From Octopus vulgaris (Eukaryota), in contig OX597824.1 in assembly GCA_951406725.2 (NCBI GenBank), forward strand, positions 4,650,001 to 4,714,000: 64,000 bases of DNA, written 5' to 3'. Position 1 is the first letter of the stretch, and every line of letters begins with the position of its first letter. Of the stretch, positions 1 to 13,628 are shown in pieces. The notes under the pieces are model-generated. The model ran no database searches and was not told the DNA's origin. It saw nothing but the letters and a program-made list of their open reading frames with translations. Made by a program: the position numbers and the translations under genes.

Positions 1-405
1 ACTTTCTGTCAAAGACTTCTTGTTTGCACCATATGTGTTTAACTTTGTGTTTTATCACGTGATTTTCTCTGGATTTTTCCTTCCTTGAATTTTCAAGCAT
101 AATGAAAGCTAATAATTCAAGTTAGAATTCAGTGATACCATTTATTAATGATTTATTTATTATTATTTATTTATTAATAATTTTAATTAGAAAAAGACAG
201 CTTGGACTTAGACAAAATAATCAGAGTGATATTTCAGTGTCATTTTTAAGCACCTGCTATCTAAGTGATACTGCCACTTTTTGAGTCTGAACAGAAGTGA
301 ACTTAACACTTAATTCATATTGCATTAATGTTTTCATTAATGAATTACCATTTTTGATAAAAATCCACAGACCATGAGTAACTCTGGATTTTCATCATAT
401 AGTTC

Positions 406-592
406 GTGCTGGTTGAACGTAAAAATCACCCACCACACGCATGGAGTGGTTGGCGTTAGGAAGGGCATCCAGCTGTAGAAACACTGCCAGATCAGAATGA
501 AGCCTGGTGCAGCCTTCTGGCTTCCCAGACCCCAGTCGAACCGTCCAACCCATGCCAGCATGGAAAACAGATGTTAAACGATGATGATGATG

Positions 593-593
<1 letters not shown>
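406..593 (+). mobile_element. SINE-like repeat, family C (GGCGTTAGGAAGGGCATCC...(GAT)n tail)
   Basis: Near-identical to copies at 11.5, 51.3, 55.4 and 63.3 kb; ends in a (GAT)n tail. Confidence 0.85.
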
Positions 594-630
<37 letters not shown>

Positions 631-811
631 GCTTTCGGTGTGAATGGTAACACACTTAGTTTGTGTTAACAAAGGGATGTGGATTCAACTCCCACACAGA
701 TAGAAAAGCCTTCTTTTTTTCTGTTGAGGGTTTATATGCCCCTTTCTTAGACTATTTTCCTTAGTCATTGCACAGTGACCACCATAAGCTTTAAGCTTAT
801 ATGAAAATACC

Positions 812-816
<5 letters not shown>

Positions 817-851
<35 letters not shown>
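817..851. repeat. (TG)n microsatellite
   Basis: Direct reading. Confidence 0.95.
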
Positions 852-854
<3 letters not shown>

Positions 855-2949
855 CATTGGAATGGTTGCTCAACACTACTTTGGTGGATCACAAATAAAG
901 AAATTATATATATATTCCCCTTTCTTTCTCTCTTGCAATGTGTGTGTGTGCGTGTGTGTGTATGTTGTCTGTGTTGCGTGTGTATAGGTGTAGGCATGGC
1001 TGTATGGTAAGAAGTTTGCTTTCCACAAATGAAAATTACCCACAAATGCCTCAGCAACAAACCAAATGATAAAGTGGATAACAACATAATGTACTGAACC
1101 AAAATTATTTCAATTCATGAATATTTTTACCCTGAGTGGAGAGACAACGAAAAAATAATTATCATAAAGGCTAATTCCGGTCAACAAGGGAGACAACCCA
1201 AGAATTTTATTCAAATTTAAAGTAGACTTGTCACAGTGATATGAAGGACCATAGCCTAATCAGCCCCCACAGCCTCATCTGACCCTACCCTTTCCCTGGG
1301 GTATCATAACAAAACAGGAGTTGACTGGATTTGTCACTGTTCTGCCTAAGATCAGACCCAGTCACACACTCTTAGATTTTTAATTAATTTTAATTAATTT
1401 AAATTACTGGATCACCTCCCTGCCTTTCTTGACCAGAATTAGTAATTAAGATCATTTTTTTTCTCCTTGCTATGGGTGTAATGTAAAATTAATTAAAACT
1501 TTTAAAAAATTTAAATTTAAAATGAGGCTAAAAACATCCAGTATGCTCAAAAAGACTGGAAAAACTTTAAAAGAAACGATAGGCAAATCAGATTAGAAAC
1601 AGAATTAAATGTAAAAGCAAACAAATTAGCATAAACATGAGCTACACCAATAATTACCAAGTGGCCTACTGTGATTACTTTATATTTTAAAGAAGTGTTA
1701 TCATTCTTCTTTTAATGCATTTTTCATTAGGTGCAGCCCATGTGTGTGTGTGTGTGGGTGTGTAAAACGTTCTGCCATTTTGAGGTTTAATATGCTGCAC
1801 CTATTAATGCCATTTATTTTGTGCAGAGGTATGATGCCTGGAAATTTATTGGCATTTTTTATTTTTATATCTCAGCTATTTCTAATGCTCCATTTATCAC
1901 AAAGACAGTTTTTGCATTCACCCACCCACGCACGCTGCCACATGCAACATTTATCTCTAAATCCTTATATTTCGATAATTCTTCTATTTCCTTCAGGGCA
2001 AGGTTGTAATCAGGAAGGATTGATATGAAGATAAACAGACATCCTCTCTTTCTTCTAGCTTTAATAATAATGCTCGGACATATCCCACAGTATTGCAACT
2101 TGGCTGTTTTCACTGACAGCTTTGGTAAACATTTATAGTTTTGTTGCCTGTTTTTATTAAGTAATTTGCATTTTCCCCACTGAATAGAATTACCTTCTTG
2201 GCAACGTATGCACACACATTCAGCTTCTATCTAAGGCTAGAGACAATGTCTTCAATTTGCCATTCGTGTCCACTAAATAATCTACATTCACTACCATCCA
2301 TTTGATCAGTTATATGTTTTGAATTAGTTTACTTCCTAGCCTTGCCAGATACTGACCATCCACACATTTGCTTTCCCAGTTCTTTAATTTTATCCTCAAG
2401 ACTTTATTTCATACAGTATTTTGTTCTAGTTGTTTTTTTCGGCAGATGTACTCATATACCTGCATATTTCTAACCTCTATGCTGTATCTAATTGCCCCTT
2501 TATCTATGTAAAATATTTTATTTTTTGTTCTTTCTTGTGATCCCTAATTAAACTGAAGTAAAACTTCAGGCAAGTTGTCATCCCTTACATAGTTTCAAAT
2601 AATCTATACACAAATTGTAATTTATCACCTCTCCAATGCAGATGTTGATATTTACAGTGAAGCTGAGTAGCCTTTTAGGGGTCTCAGCATTGAATAAAAA
2701 TATGACCCACCTTTGAAAATTCTTTTCTTATAAGGATTGGGCAAGTTGTTATCTTTCCTCGATTATTTAGGAATTATTATAGATTTTTCCCTTTCTTTTC
2801 GGTTTCATAGTTAACATATCACTTTATCATTAGAATTACCCTTTTTATTTGAAATGTTTCTGCTACGAGATACGGTCAAATGTTTGTCTACATCAATATT
2901 GTAACATTTTATGTTTTTCCAGATGTACATGCAGAGACTTCATTCACTT

Positions 2950-3335
2950 TACATTCATTTTCTCAGTGTCAGTATGGTCTGAACAAATACCTATTATTGA
3001 AGCATTGTCTTCCTGCTGGATGCCCTTCCTGCAGCTAATCCTTACTTGTTTCACAAGTGAGGGAGTTTCCATTCCACTCATCTTCAAAAACACAGACTTT
3101 CTGGATGATTCGTTAATATGGGAGAGTCAAAAAGCGTCATCATCAGAAACTCCACCTTTTTCATGTGAACTGCACTCACACACATAAACAGGCTTTGTAC
3201 AGTTTCCATCTACTAAATCCACTAGTAAGGCATTGGTCAGTTCACAGTTAGAAGACACTTGCCCAAGATATGGTGAAGTAGGACTGAAACTGAAACCATG
3301 TGACTGTAATGCAAACTTCTTGACCACACAGCCAT
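2950..3335 (-). mobile_element. Decayed SINE, family B head with alternative tail
   Basis: AGAAGACACTTGCCCAAG...CACACAGCCAT head motif plus TGGATGCCCTTCC tail motif. Confidence 0.6.
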
Positions 3336-3689
3336 GTCAGTGAATGCTGGCGATATATATGATATTTGTTTTGGTCTCTTTGGATTAATGGTGTCAAGGT
3401 TCCTCCTATTTGTGATTGCTCCAGAAATAGTTAAAATCCTTGCAAGAGGTGTTGAAACTGAAATCTTAGCGCTATCAATTCCAAGAGGTTTCAGATGCAA
3501 CTTCCATTTGCAAAAGTCACTCCTGTGGTCAATATATTCCACCCTTCCAGCTCTTTTACTAAGTTTCCTTTGTAATATATTACAGGGTCAGTAACACAAA
3601 TACCCAACATGTGCAAGAACTGATTAAATCAATTAAATCAAGGCACCATTTCCAAAAATGTGCTAAAATTAAAAATTTTTATTAATGTC

Positions 3690-4612
3690 AAAGTTGATCC
3701 TTTTGCACTTCCTGTTTTACACCCAATGAGTCTAAGTTCAAATTATGGACCCTAGGTACTATAGGGAAGATGTCTCTTGATTGACAGCACTCTCCATCAA
3801 TTGTGAGCTGTTCCAAATAGTGCAATCTTCTAGAGATACATAAATATTGAAGCTGTTCAGAAATTAGGGGCTGAACTTTTCCATTCCCTTCTCCATGCAT
3901 CCTAGTGCTCCCATGACTACCAGTACTGTTTCAGTCTTCAAATTCCACACCCTGGAGATTGAAATCAATCTCCAGCTCTTTGCACTTGGCCAGCTTCTCT
4001 GAGACTTTCATGGAGGTCTTTATTTTAGAAAATATTCCAATGTCAAGAAATATACACTTTTTTGTCTTTTTTGTCTATATTAATGATACCAGATTTGTCA
4101 GCTTTTGTCTCTCTATCAGTGTACATGGGCAAATCCTAGAAGATGGTGACATCATTGTTGTCAGTGGCCATGCTTGAATGATATTCATACCACTTTTCAA
4201 TTGTCTTGATTATATAATCCTTGTGTTTTCTAGTAAACCACTGCCCTGTTTTGCTTGTGGATGCATTTGACTTTTGCTAGTTTCAGGCATCAAAAGACAA
4301 TACGGTCAACAGTTTTTCTCTATACTTTCCACAGATTCTACATTGTGAATCTGTTCCATTTTTGATGACATGATGGTGACAGAATCTAGCTGCAAGACTC
4401 TGTGGCTGCAATTAATATATCTTGCATCTCTGCTTTCAGTCCACCAAATTACATCATCACCCAATCTGCACCTGATTCCTGCATCCATTTTAGGTGTGTG
4501 GTTTCGGTTACAGTGTTCCTCATGTTTTATGCACTTGAAACTGGCAATGGTGCTTTGCATGGTGTCACTCCATTTTCTGCTGGTGGGATTTCAGGCATAT
4601 CAAACACTTTCT
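3690..4612 (-). mobile_element. Decayed Dong/R4-like (RLE) non-LTR retrotransposon 3' fragment
   Basis: Broken minus frames give GLKAEMQDILIAA, CRICGKYRE (zinc knuckle), VMGALG and VQK motifs; abuts a (TAT)n tract. Confidence 0.75.
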
Positions 4613-4626
4613 TAGATGATGATGTT

Positions 4627-4659
4627 TATTATTATTATGATTATTATTGTTATTATTAA

Positions 4660-4692
<33 letters not shown>
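4627..4692. repeat. (TAT)n microsatellite
   Basis: Direct reading. Confidence 0.95.
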
Positions 4693-4693
<1 letters not shown>

Positions 4694-4705
4694 ATTAGAC
4701 CTGTT

Positions 4706-4949
4706 GGCACATTGGACAAAGTGCTTAGCAGCATTTCTCTCAGTTCTTTACATACTAAATTCAAATTCTGCAGAATTGTTGGCATCCTGAGCAAGATACT
4801 TAATGGCATTTCATCTGTCCTCATGTTCTTTTGAGGTGGACTTTACTTTTCATCCTTTTGGGGTCAATAAATTAAGTACCAGTGAAACACTGGGCTGGAT
4901 GTAATCGATTATCCTTCTCCCCCAAAATTTCAGGCCTTGTGTAGAAAGC
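4706..4949 (+). mobile_element. Decayed SINE, family A
   Basis: TTTCATCCTTTTGGGGTCAATAAATTAAGTACCAG central motif shared with other A copies. Confidence 0.7.
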
Positions 4950-4955
4950 ATTATT

Positions 4956-5050
<95 letters not shown>

Positions 5051-5070
5051 CATTATTATTATTATTATCA
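4950..5070. repeat. (TAT)n microsatellite
   Basis: Direct reading. Confidence 0.95.
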
Positions 5071-6636
5071 TCTTCATCGTCATCATGTTGCTGTTACATG
5101 CTATTGGTGTTGTAAACAGCTTAATCATACTTCCTATCAGACCAGTCCATGATCTAATATGAGGGATATTTTTATCCCTTCACCCCTTTTATGCTGTTTA
5201 TATCTATACTTACTGTGTATCAAGGACTTTCCAGGCAGTTCTTATTGAACTCAAGTAAACATATTTTCTACACTGCTTCCCGTCTCATATCAAAATCTAA
5301 GTAGCTTCCCCAACATTTAATCTAATATTATTATTATCACTGCCATCACTACCACCTTTATTAACACCTGTATATTAATGAACACTAAGCCACAAGGTTC
5401 ACTTGCAGCACATTCCTGATTATAATAATGTTTACTCAGGTCTTCCAGTTCTGAACCTGGAGTAGAATATGAAGAGAAATTTGTTACTGAAAATTCTTAA
5501 ATGCTTCAAATTGCTATTTTTTGTAGTAAAAGATAAATATGTATGAATATCTTCAAGATATTTTTTCATTTAGTCAGAGATTTATTCTGTTGTTTAATTA
5601 ACGTAGCTCTAATTTTGGTTATCTCTTTATTCATTTTTATGTCTTTATTTATTTATTTATTTTAATCAACACTCAGATGACTAACTGGTATCTTAAGTCA
5701 ACTTTAACAAACTTATTCATCATTTTAGTGCACTCTTTAATAGCTTTCTAAAGTTTTTATATCAATCATAACTACGTCACGCAAATTCTAGCCTATTTTT
5801 AATGATTTCATCCATTTTCTGTTTATTTTTAACAAGTTCATTCAAATGCTTGAATCATTTTTGCATTTCCCAATCAAGAATATTCTTATCCTAATTATTA
5901 TCACTATGAAATCCTTTGAGATTGTTAATTCACTATAATATTTCTACATTCAAAACTGACACAGATGAATTCCGTACTTCAAATGGAAAAAAAAACATTT
6001 TGTTAGGTTATAAATGGAAACTACATTAATTAATTCAAATCATATCATAATACACATTGGCTCACAATCATTCACTAACTTGGGCCCTTAATACACATGC
6101 TCATCCATCAGCCTATGTTTTCATTATATACACACTTTCATAAATACTTATACTTATTTCTCAAATTCTTATAGTATATTAATCCAATTAGAGTACATCG
6201 TACTTCTATTACAGCAAATCCTCCATTTTTCCCATCCATATTTCACCATCAAAGTCACTTCTTATTAGATGACTCTGATCGAGCATGTCTGCAGCACCGA
6301 AACAGATATTGTAATTGTTCTTGGGGACTCTGAAATGCAATTCTCTAAGTTATGCCAAGATGTTCACCCTTTAATCTAATATATTAAGTATTATATTATC
6401 AATTGCAGATAACTGAATTCAGTTTTGATCCCATACCATAACATGAACTTGGAATTGAATATTACTGAAGATCTTGCCATTGTAATGTTCTTTGTGATAA
6501 ATATAGAGGCAAAATGATGAAGCGTTTCATTGTTTCAGAATAGAACATTTCCCTTTACACTGTCTTGCTACACTGATCTGTGGAGGATTGGGTACTAGGC
6601 TGCTTTTGATCTTGTGGGTCTTTTTATAAGGACAGA

Positions 6637-6687
<51 letters not shown>
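6637..6687. repeat. (TAC)n microsatellite
   Basis: Direct reading. Confidence 0.95.
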
Positions 6688-6811
6688 AATATGAAGTACA
6701 TTACTGCTTAAGAGCCAGTACTTTACCCCCTGTACATCAACTTTCAGTACCAGATCAACATCATGGTCAGTTACCAACATATAAAACAAGGGGTTGACCA
6801 TTAACCAAACT

Positions 6812-6953
6812 ATCATCATCATCTGACGTGCGTTTTCTATGTTGGCATGGGTTGGACTGTTTGACTGAAAACTGGTAAGCCAGGGAGCTGCACCTAATTC
6901 CAATCTGATTCAGCAAGGTTTCTATGGCTGGATGCTCTTCCTAATGCCAACCA
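6812..6953 (-). mobile_element. SINE-like repeat, family C fragment
   Basis: Reverse complement of the family C 3' half with (CAT)n. Confidence 0.75.
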
Positions 6954-7498
6954 GCTGTTTAAAATTCGTTAAAAAATTAACATTTAAGTAACTGCAATGA
7001 ATACAGTACATCAATAAAAGCACCTGGCAAAACAAGGCATCACCAAATTTTGAATATTGGCTGAATCGCTTCACTTTATGACTAATTGTCATGATTTAAT
7101 ATCTGCATAAAAATCTACAATTTTTTCTTTTCATATGTTTTAACTGAAACAAACTGAGGCATCAAACCTTGCTAAAATTTTTTTTTTTTTTAGTAGTCAT
7201 TAGTCTTCATAACTCTTCATCAGTAATTAACTGAAATAACTTTATTACCTTCTTAATGTTCAGGATTAAAACTATTAAGGTCCATATTAGGAAAGGAAAT
7301 TTGGTCTGGAAGAGACAAATATAGTTCTGAAGAGAGAAGGACATCAGAATGTTTAGAAAGGTTTCCAAATATCGGAATGTTTGGAAACAGAATGTTAAGG
7401 TGATGAGCTGGCAGAATCGTTAGCATACCTATAAAATGTTAGCCTATAAAATGATTTATCCTTGAATACTGAATGCTATTTCAGTATTTCTAACATTG

Positions 7499-7738
7499 AA
7501 GGTGGCGAGCTGACAGAAACGTTAGCACACCGAGCGAAATGCTTAGCAGTATTTCGTCTGCTGCTATGTTCAGAGTTCAAATTCCACCAAGGTCGACTTT
7601 CCCTTTCATCCTTTCGGGGTCGATTAAATAAGTACCAGTTATGCACTGGGGTCGATATAATCAACTTAATCCGTTTGTCTGTCTTGGTTTGTTCCCCGCC
7701 CCCCTGTGTGTAGCCCCTTGTAGGTAGTAAAGAAATAA
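7499..7738 (+). mobile_element. tRNA-derived SINE, family A
   Basis: A-box/B-box-like head (GAGTTCAAATTCC) and central CTTTCATCCTTTCGGGGTCGAT motif; multiple copies in window. Confidence 0.9.
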
Positions 7739-8059
7739 GAATGTTTGGAAGGGAGTGTAGGACATATAAGATGCAGATGATGGAGAAGCAAGTTTACTTC
7801 ATGGATTTAAGTATAAATATAATATTCAAATTGAGAAAAGAAGAGGCCATGTGTAACAGTAGAAAAGAATTACAATTGATGCCCAATGGGTTAAAATAGA
7901 TTTTGCCACTAGAATGGAAATGAGACATTAAGAATAATAGGCTTAAATCTGGTTGGATGGCATTAAACAGATGGATGGTTATCATCCAGCTTACAGATAA
8001 TAATTCCAAAAGTTTTACCACCTATTCAAAACAGCTTAATGAAATATGTAAACAATGAA

Positions 8060-8290
8060 ATATTGTGCTGAGTCAAAAGTTTTGCAATATTTTGGTAACT
8101 TCTTTGCTTTATTCATCAAGCAACATGGCATTCAAATTAGGGGCCATCATGTGGCACTGTCTGAAGCCACCTTTCTGCCAGTTCTTTGATCCCAAGCTGA
8201 TACCAAATCTTGTCTTTTGAGGGGAAGAACTTCTTCACTGAAGCTTCCACCTCCTCTTGGTTGATGAAGCATTGCAAGAACGGAGCCATA
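8060..8290 (-). mobile_element. Mariner (Tc1/mariner) transposase C-terminal remnant
   Basis: Minus frame 8289-8110 reads MAPFLQCFINQEEVEASVKKFFPSKDKIWYQLGIKELAERWLQTVPHDG, a typical mariner C-terminus. Confidence 0.8.
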
Positions 8291-11200
8291 AGCTACGAAA
8301 ATATAGCAAAACTTTTGACTCTACAATATATTTGGGGGATTTGAACTCAAGATCTATGAACTGGGAGGAGGGGGCAGCATATTATCTAGTCAGGCATTTT
8401 GATTCTTTTGAACCTATGAATGTAAATCAGTGGTGAGTGGAACCAAGGTAAACATATACACACGTGTGTATGTGTGCACATATATACCCATACACACACA
8501 TACATATATTTGTGTGTATGTGTGTGTGACTGTGTGTATGTGTGTGAATGAAAAAGTAAATGTAATAAATTGAAAAATTTACTGTATAAAACATCTGCTT
8601 AATCAGATGGTAGAATAGTTAAAGGATGGGTGCTAAAATATCTGACGAATAAAAATATAATGGCAGGGAATAAAAAAAGCAGTAAGCAGATTTTTTCCCC
8701 TTCTTTCACTGTTATTTTCATTTTGTTACTGCATTTCTAATAATAATAATAATAATAATACTTCTGACAATCTTGCAGCTGTCTGCAAAATTCTTCGTTC
8801 AGATGATTGCAGTAATAAAGTTTTCAACTAGACAGCACCAAGATATCTTATGTAAGGGTGCTGCAAATTCAGTATTGGTGGTGGTGGTGGGGTGGTGGTG
8901 ACTATGATTATGACAACAGTTATGACAATGTGAAGGAGAAAAAGGAGGGGCTGGGGTGGAAATAAAAATACAGATTTACTGAAAGCAACCAATTGATTTC
9001 ATTATGTTAAATACGATAATGTATTGGTCTAATGATTTTGATGAATACATTTGAGGGAGTGTAATGAGAGATTTAATCATTACCCACTGCTTTTTATCAA
9101 TTGTCCCATTAAAGATTTATTATATTAAATTGGTAACTATGCGTATTTGAGTATAGACATATGCACATGCACACGCATGTATGCATATAAATATGCATGT
9201 GTACACGTACTTACACATGTGTGTCAGCACAAGTGTCTACGCAAATGCACATGCTTACATACACTGCCACATACATGTTAGCAAGTGTAGCTATACACAT
9301 ATACATTAATGTACGCACATGTGGGATTGTGTATTTGGTAAGATAATTAAGATTTGTTCAGAAATGTTTTTCATTCATTGAAAAGTTAGTCAGCATCGCT
9401 ATGGCTTAATTGACTACAGCTAGCATTCAGCTGCTAGATTTCTTATTATTGCATTGTATGTTGCTCATACTTGCCTAAATTAATATATTGTTTGCATGTT
9501 AAATGTGTAAGCATGTGTAAGCATGTGTGTGTGTGTGTGCATGTGTGTGTGTGTGTACATGCGCGCGTGAGAATCAATTATAGATTAATATCAAAAACTT
9601 TTATATGAACATTATTGAATGTATACATTACTTCATTACAAATGAGCAATATATATATATATATATATATATATAATGTATGCATGTAGAGAAACAAAAT
9701 GAGAGACATATGTAAATAAAAAAAATACAAACATTGAAAGAACTAAAGTGTTATATCAAATATATTTGTTTACATATGCATATCAATAATTAATTTACGT
9801 AAAAATCTGTTAAAATTGTGTGTGTGTGTGTGTGTGTGTGTACGTGCGTGCATGTGTGTGTGTGAATAAATAGGAAAGATATGATTTATTTCTTTAATAT
9901 TTACATAATTGATATTATAAATCATTTGATAGTGTCAGAACACCTGGAAATTACATGCAGTTATAACCAAAATAGATTGGCCCAGGTGAAAATTTGAAAT
10001 CGCACAAAATATTTGTTGAGTTGCAATCCCACACGGATGTGACAAATTTAAGGTTTAGCCCCTACTGTAGTCAAATCATTTATTACAATGTTAACCATAT
10101 ATTTTGCTATACATGTCTATACCATGTATATACAACATAACTGTGTATATGAGTGTATATGTAAGTGTGTGTCTGCACACATGCATTGATACACACTCAC
10201 ATACACACAAACATGCATCTTGCATTTTTCTCTTACAGAAATATTTCACTTCTCTAAGAATGAGCTACGGAGTCTAAAATAAGGCGAAATATATACAAAA
10301 TAGCTACAGATATACCACACCAGAAAATAAAAGCAATAACAACACATCCTAATTATCAGCAGCAGCAGCAGCAGATGTAGTAATAACAACAACATAACCA
10401 TTTGTGTAATTCTTCAAAGATAAAGGACAAATGACTTATAAAGTCTTTATAATAGTGTTAATGATGGTTTTCTTGTTAATTAGTAGCTTTGATATTCTGT
10501 AATACACAGTAATTAGAGAGTAATAGATTCTTTATTAATGCTTTAGCTAAGTTTTCTTGGATAAATCTAATCAGGTTTTATTAGACAATAATCTAATTGA
10601 AAGTTCTAATAGTATATGCAATAAAAGGATTTCATAGTGATGCAACTGTCTACCGGGTCCCAAACTGCTCTATTAATAAAGTTCACAGAGTGAAGCAAAT
10701 TAGTTCACCACAAGGCGATTTAATTTATTCCATTTATACAACATTTTGTATTTTCTATTTGCCAAAGCAGACCCTCCATCACTACTTCCATCAGGTACTC
10801 CTATTTCACTCTGTTCTAATGAGAGTTTCATCATGAGAAAGCAAATAACCAACATTGAAGTTTTAAACTTTAACAACCATCTTATCTTTTCCTTGTTACA
10901 GACCAAATTTGTAATATACAGATTATGCATATATTTTGCTTTGTCCAAGAAGGCCAACTTTCCAAGACTATAATCTAAATATTTAGTATCTTTACTAAAT
11001 TACTCTAATTATAGATACAACCCATTTCCAGATAATAGATGAGATAATCAAATATAATCAGCCGAAATTGAAGAGACTAATGTTGGTTTATGTTGACAGG
11101 TGTCAACTTAGTAAAAGCTAAATACTGAAATAAATAGGCAGCGAGAAGAAATATGTAATAATTTGAGCAGAAACTGTCATTAAATAGTATATTTATGATA

Positions 11201-11495
11201 CACAGGTATATTGTGCATTTTATGAAACACATATTTTGTAACTCATTGAAATATGTAATTAAAGCAACTAAAGTAATTGGTGTTTGAAAAGTTGAAGTAA
11301 CAAAAAAAGAAAGACAAATTCTTTCAATGTCTCAAATAGATTTCTTAAGGGTGAGTTAGTGTTTAGATATTAAGTGGATGAAAGAAAAATGTCTCTTACT
11401 GGATAGTTTGCCAATCTATCTTACATAGCATTGTTAAACAATCAAATCAGGTATCTGAGTTACATAGAAGTAAGAATACTGTCCAAATAATACAT

Positions 11496-11660
11496 ACCAC
11501 ACGAAGTGGTTGGCATTAGGAAGGGCAGCCAGCTGTAGAAACACTGCCAGATCAGACTGAGACTGTGCAGCCTCCTGGCTTCCCAGACCCCAGTTGAACC
11601 GTCCAACCCATGCTAGCATGGAAAGCCAATGTTAAACGATGATGATGATGATGATGATGA
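11496..11660 (+). mobile_element. SINE-like repeat, family C
   Basis: Same motif set and (GAT)n tail as 406-593. Confidence 0.85.
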
Positions 11661-12091
11661 AATGCAAAATGTTTGTAGTAGATATGAACTCAGCCATATT
11701 TTCTTATCAAAGCTGGAGTAGTTATAGGGCAAAAATATTAACAGAAATAACTGTTTCTGGCCACGTTGTGAGACGGAGTTAGTCAATAAAAACTTGACTA
11801 TTTGGCTGGTATTTTCTTTTATTGATACCAAAAGAGCAAGAAAGTACGGTTGGCCCAGTCAAGAGGACTTAAACTCAGAATATAAAGAGCTGTAACTAAA
11901 TACTGTAAAGCATTTCCTCCAGCCATCTAATGATTCTACCAATCCGCTACTTTAACTGAAATGAAAAATGTGGGAGCAGAGTGCTAGAATATTCTTAAGT
12001 ACTAAACCTGGAAAAGTACAGGACAAGAAGAACAAAAACTAGAATTTGCTAAATAAATTTATGAAATTGTTCATCAAATAGTGTGTGCACA

Positions 12092-12412
12092 TTTTTACCT
12101 CTGCCTTAGTAAAGGCAGAGGTATTGTTTTCAGTTGTGTTTGTTTGTTTGTCCATGGACAAGATATATCTCAAGAACCAATGGATGGATTCAGATGAAAC
12201 TTTAAGGGACGTTTGGCCTTGTGAGTGACACAAACTAATTAGATTTTTTTTTTAATGTTTGAGAGCAGTCGGGTTCATTTTTAGTATTCTCGTTTGTGAA
12301 AGCAGTTGAGTTTATTTCAGATATTCTCATTTTAAAAGTCATCTCCAGCAAATCATTGAGAGGACATTGGTGTTGCCTTGGCAGAGGTTTTCACTCTCTG
12401 AGTGCTCATTTT
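12092..12412 (+). mobile_element. Non-autonomous Helentron-type element (HINE/DINE-1-like)
   Basis: T-run, 5' palindrome TACCTCTGCCTT..AAGGCAGAGGTA, (GTTT)n, 3' subterminal repeat GGCAGAGGT, then stem-loop CACTC-TCT-GAGTG and a T-run. Confidence 0.75.
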
Positions 12413-13194
12413 ATTATTATTTGGGGTTTTTTCTTCTTTTTATAGCAATTTTTTTATATTTAAGTTAATATTTTGATTTTAAAATTTTGTATCAAGCTAA
12501 AATATTTCTGTCTTAGTTTTAGTATTACTTTTAGTATTGCTTTTAAAATTTTTCTTTTCTTAAAACTAATTATCCAAAAATGTTAAATCAGATATTTGTT
12601 AAAACTAAATTCATGTAGAATATATGTAATTCAAAAATAAGAGTAAAAAATTGTAAAAAAAAAAAGCGTTTTTAAAGAAATGAAAGAATTAATTTCTTTA
12701 AAGTTTGCATAATAAGATAACAAAGAATTTTCTATTCATAGTCAGAAGAATATTTTTAAAAATGAAAGCCAATGAACAAATTGAGTGCAAATTGTAGATA
12801 TGGCTCTCTAATTTAAGAAAAAAACAAAAACTTAGGGGTTATGATGCATTTTCAATTTTGCTTAAATTGCTATTTTGTGATTTTTTAAATATATATAGCA
12901 TTAAATTTGTAATATTAAATTTTTAATGTATAAACTTGTAGGCAATTAGTCTTTTCACTAAAATTGAAAATAAATAGCTTTCTGAGTATTTTAATTTAAA
13001 CTTTTATGTAAAAATAAAAAATATAAAAGGGCACTTATTATTATTTTAGTTTTTAAATTCTTCAGCAGCAATATTTTAAGCTTTTTTCTTCTTCTCCTGT
13101 TCTTTGCTAGGCTTAATTACTGCCTGTCCAGTATTTTCCCTGGTTCAACACTTACGAATATTCCAACACTCTGCTCCCACATTTTACTTCCTGT

Positions 13195-13416
13195 CTCTTA
13201 TCTTTTATTTTTTACTTCTTTCAGTCATCAGACTACGGCCATGCTGGAGCACTGCCTTGGTGGATTTTTTAGTTGAATGAATTGACCCCAGTACTTATTA
13301 TTTTAAGCCTGGCACTTATTCTATTGGCCTCTTTTGCTGAACCACTAAGTTATGGGGATGTATACACACAACCTTTGGTTGTCAAGTGGTGGTAGGGGAC
13401 AAACACAGACACAAAG

Positions 13417-13471
<55 letters not shown>

Positions 13472-13628
13472 ACAGGCTTCTTTCAGTTTCCATCTACCAA
13501 ATACACTCATAAGGCCTTGGTCAGCCTGAGGCTATAGAAGAAGACACTTGCCCAAGGTGCCATGCAGTGGGATTGAACCCAGAACTACGTGGTTGGAAAG
13601 CAAGCTTCTTACCATACAGCCATACCTA
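13195..13628 (-). mobile_element. tRNA-derived CORE-like SINE, family B
   Basis: Reverse complement of the 35180-35597 type; internal CA/TA microsatellite. Confidence 0.85.

Noticed and set aside
5330-5457. Minus-strand acceptor followed by frame SELEDLSKHYYNQECAASEPCG
   Set aside because: Only weak donor sites; no recognisable product
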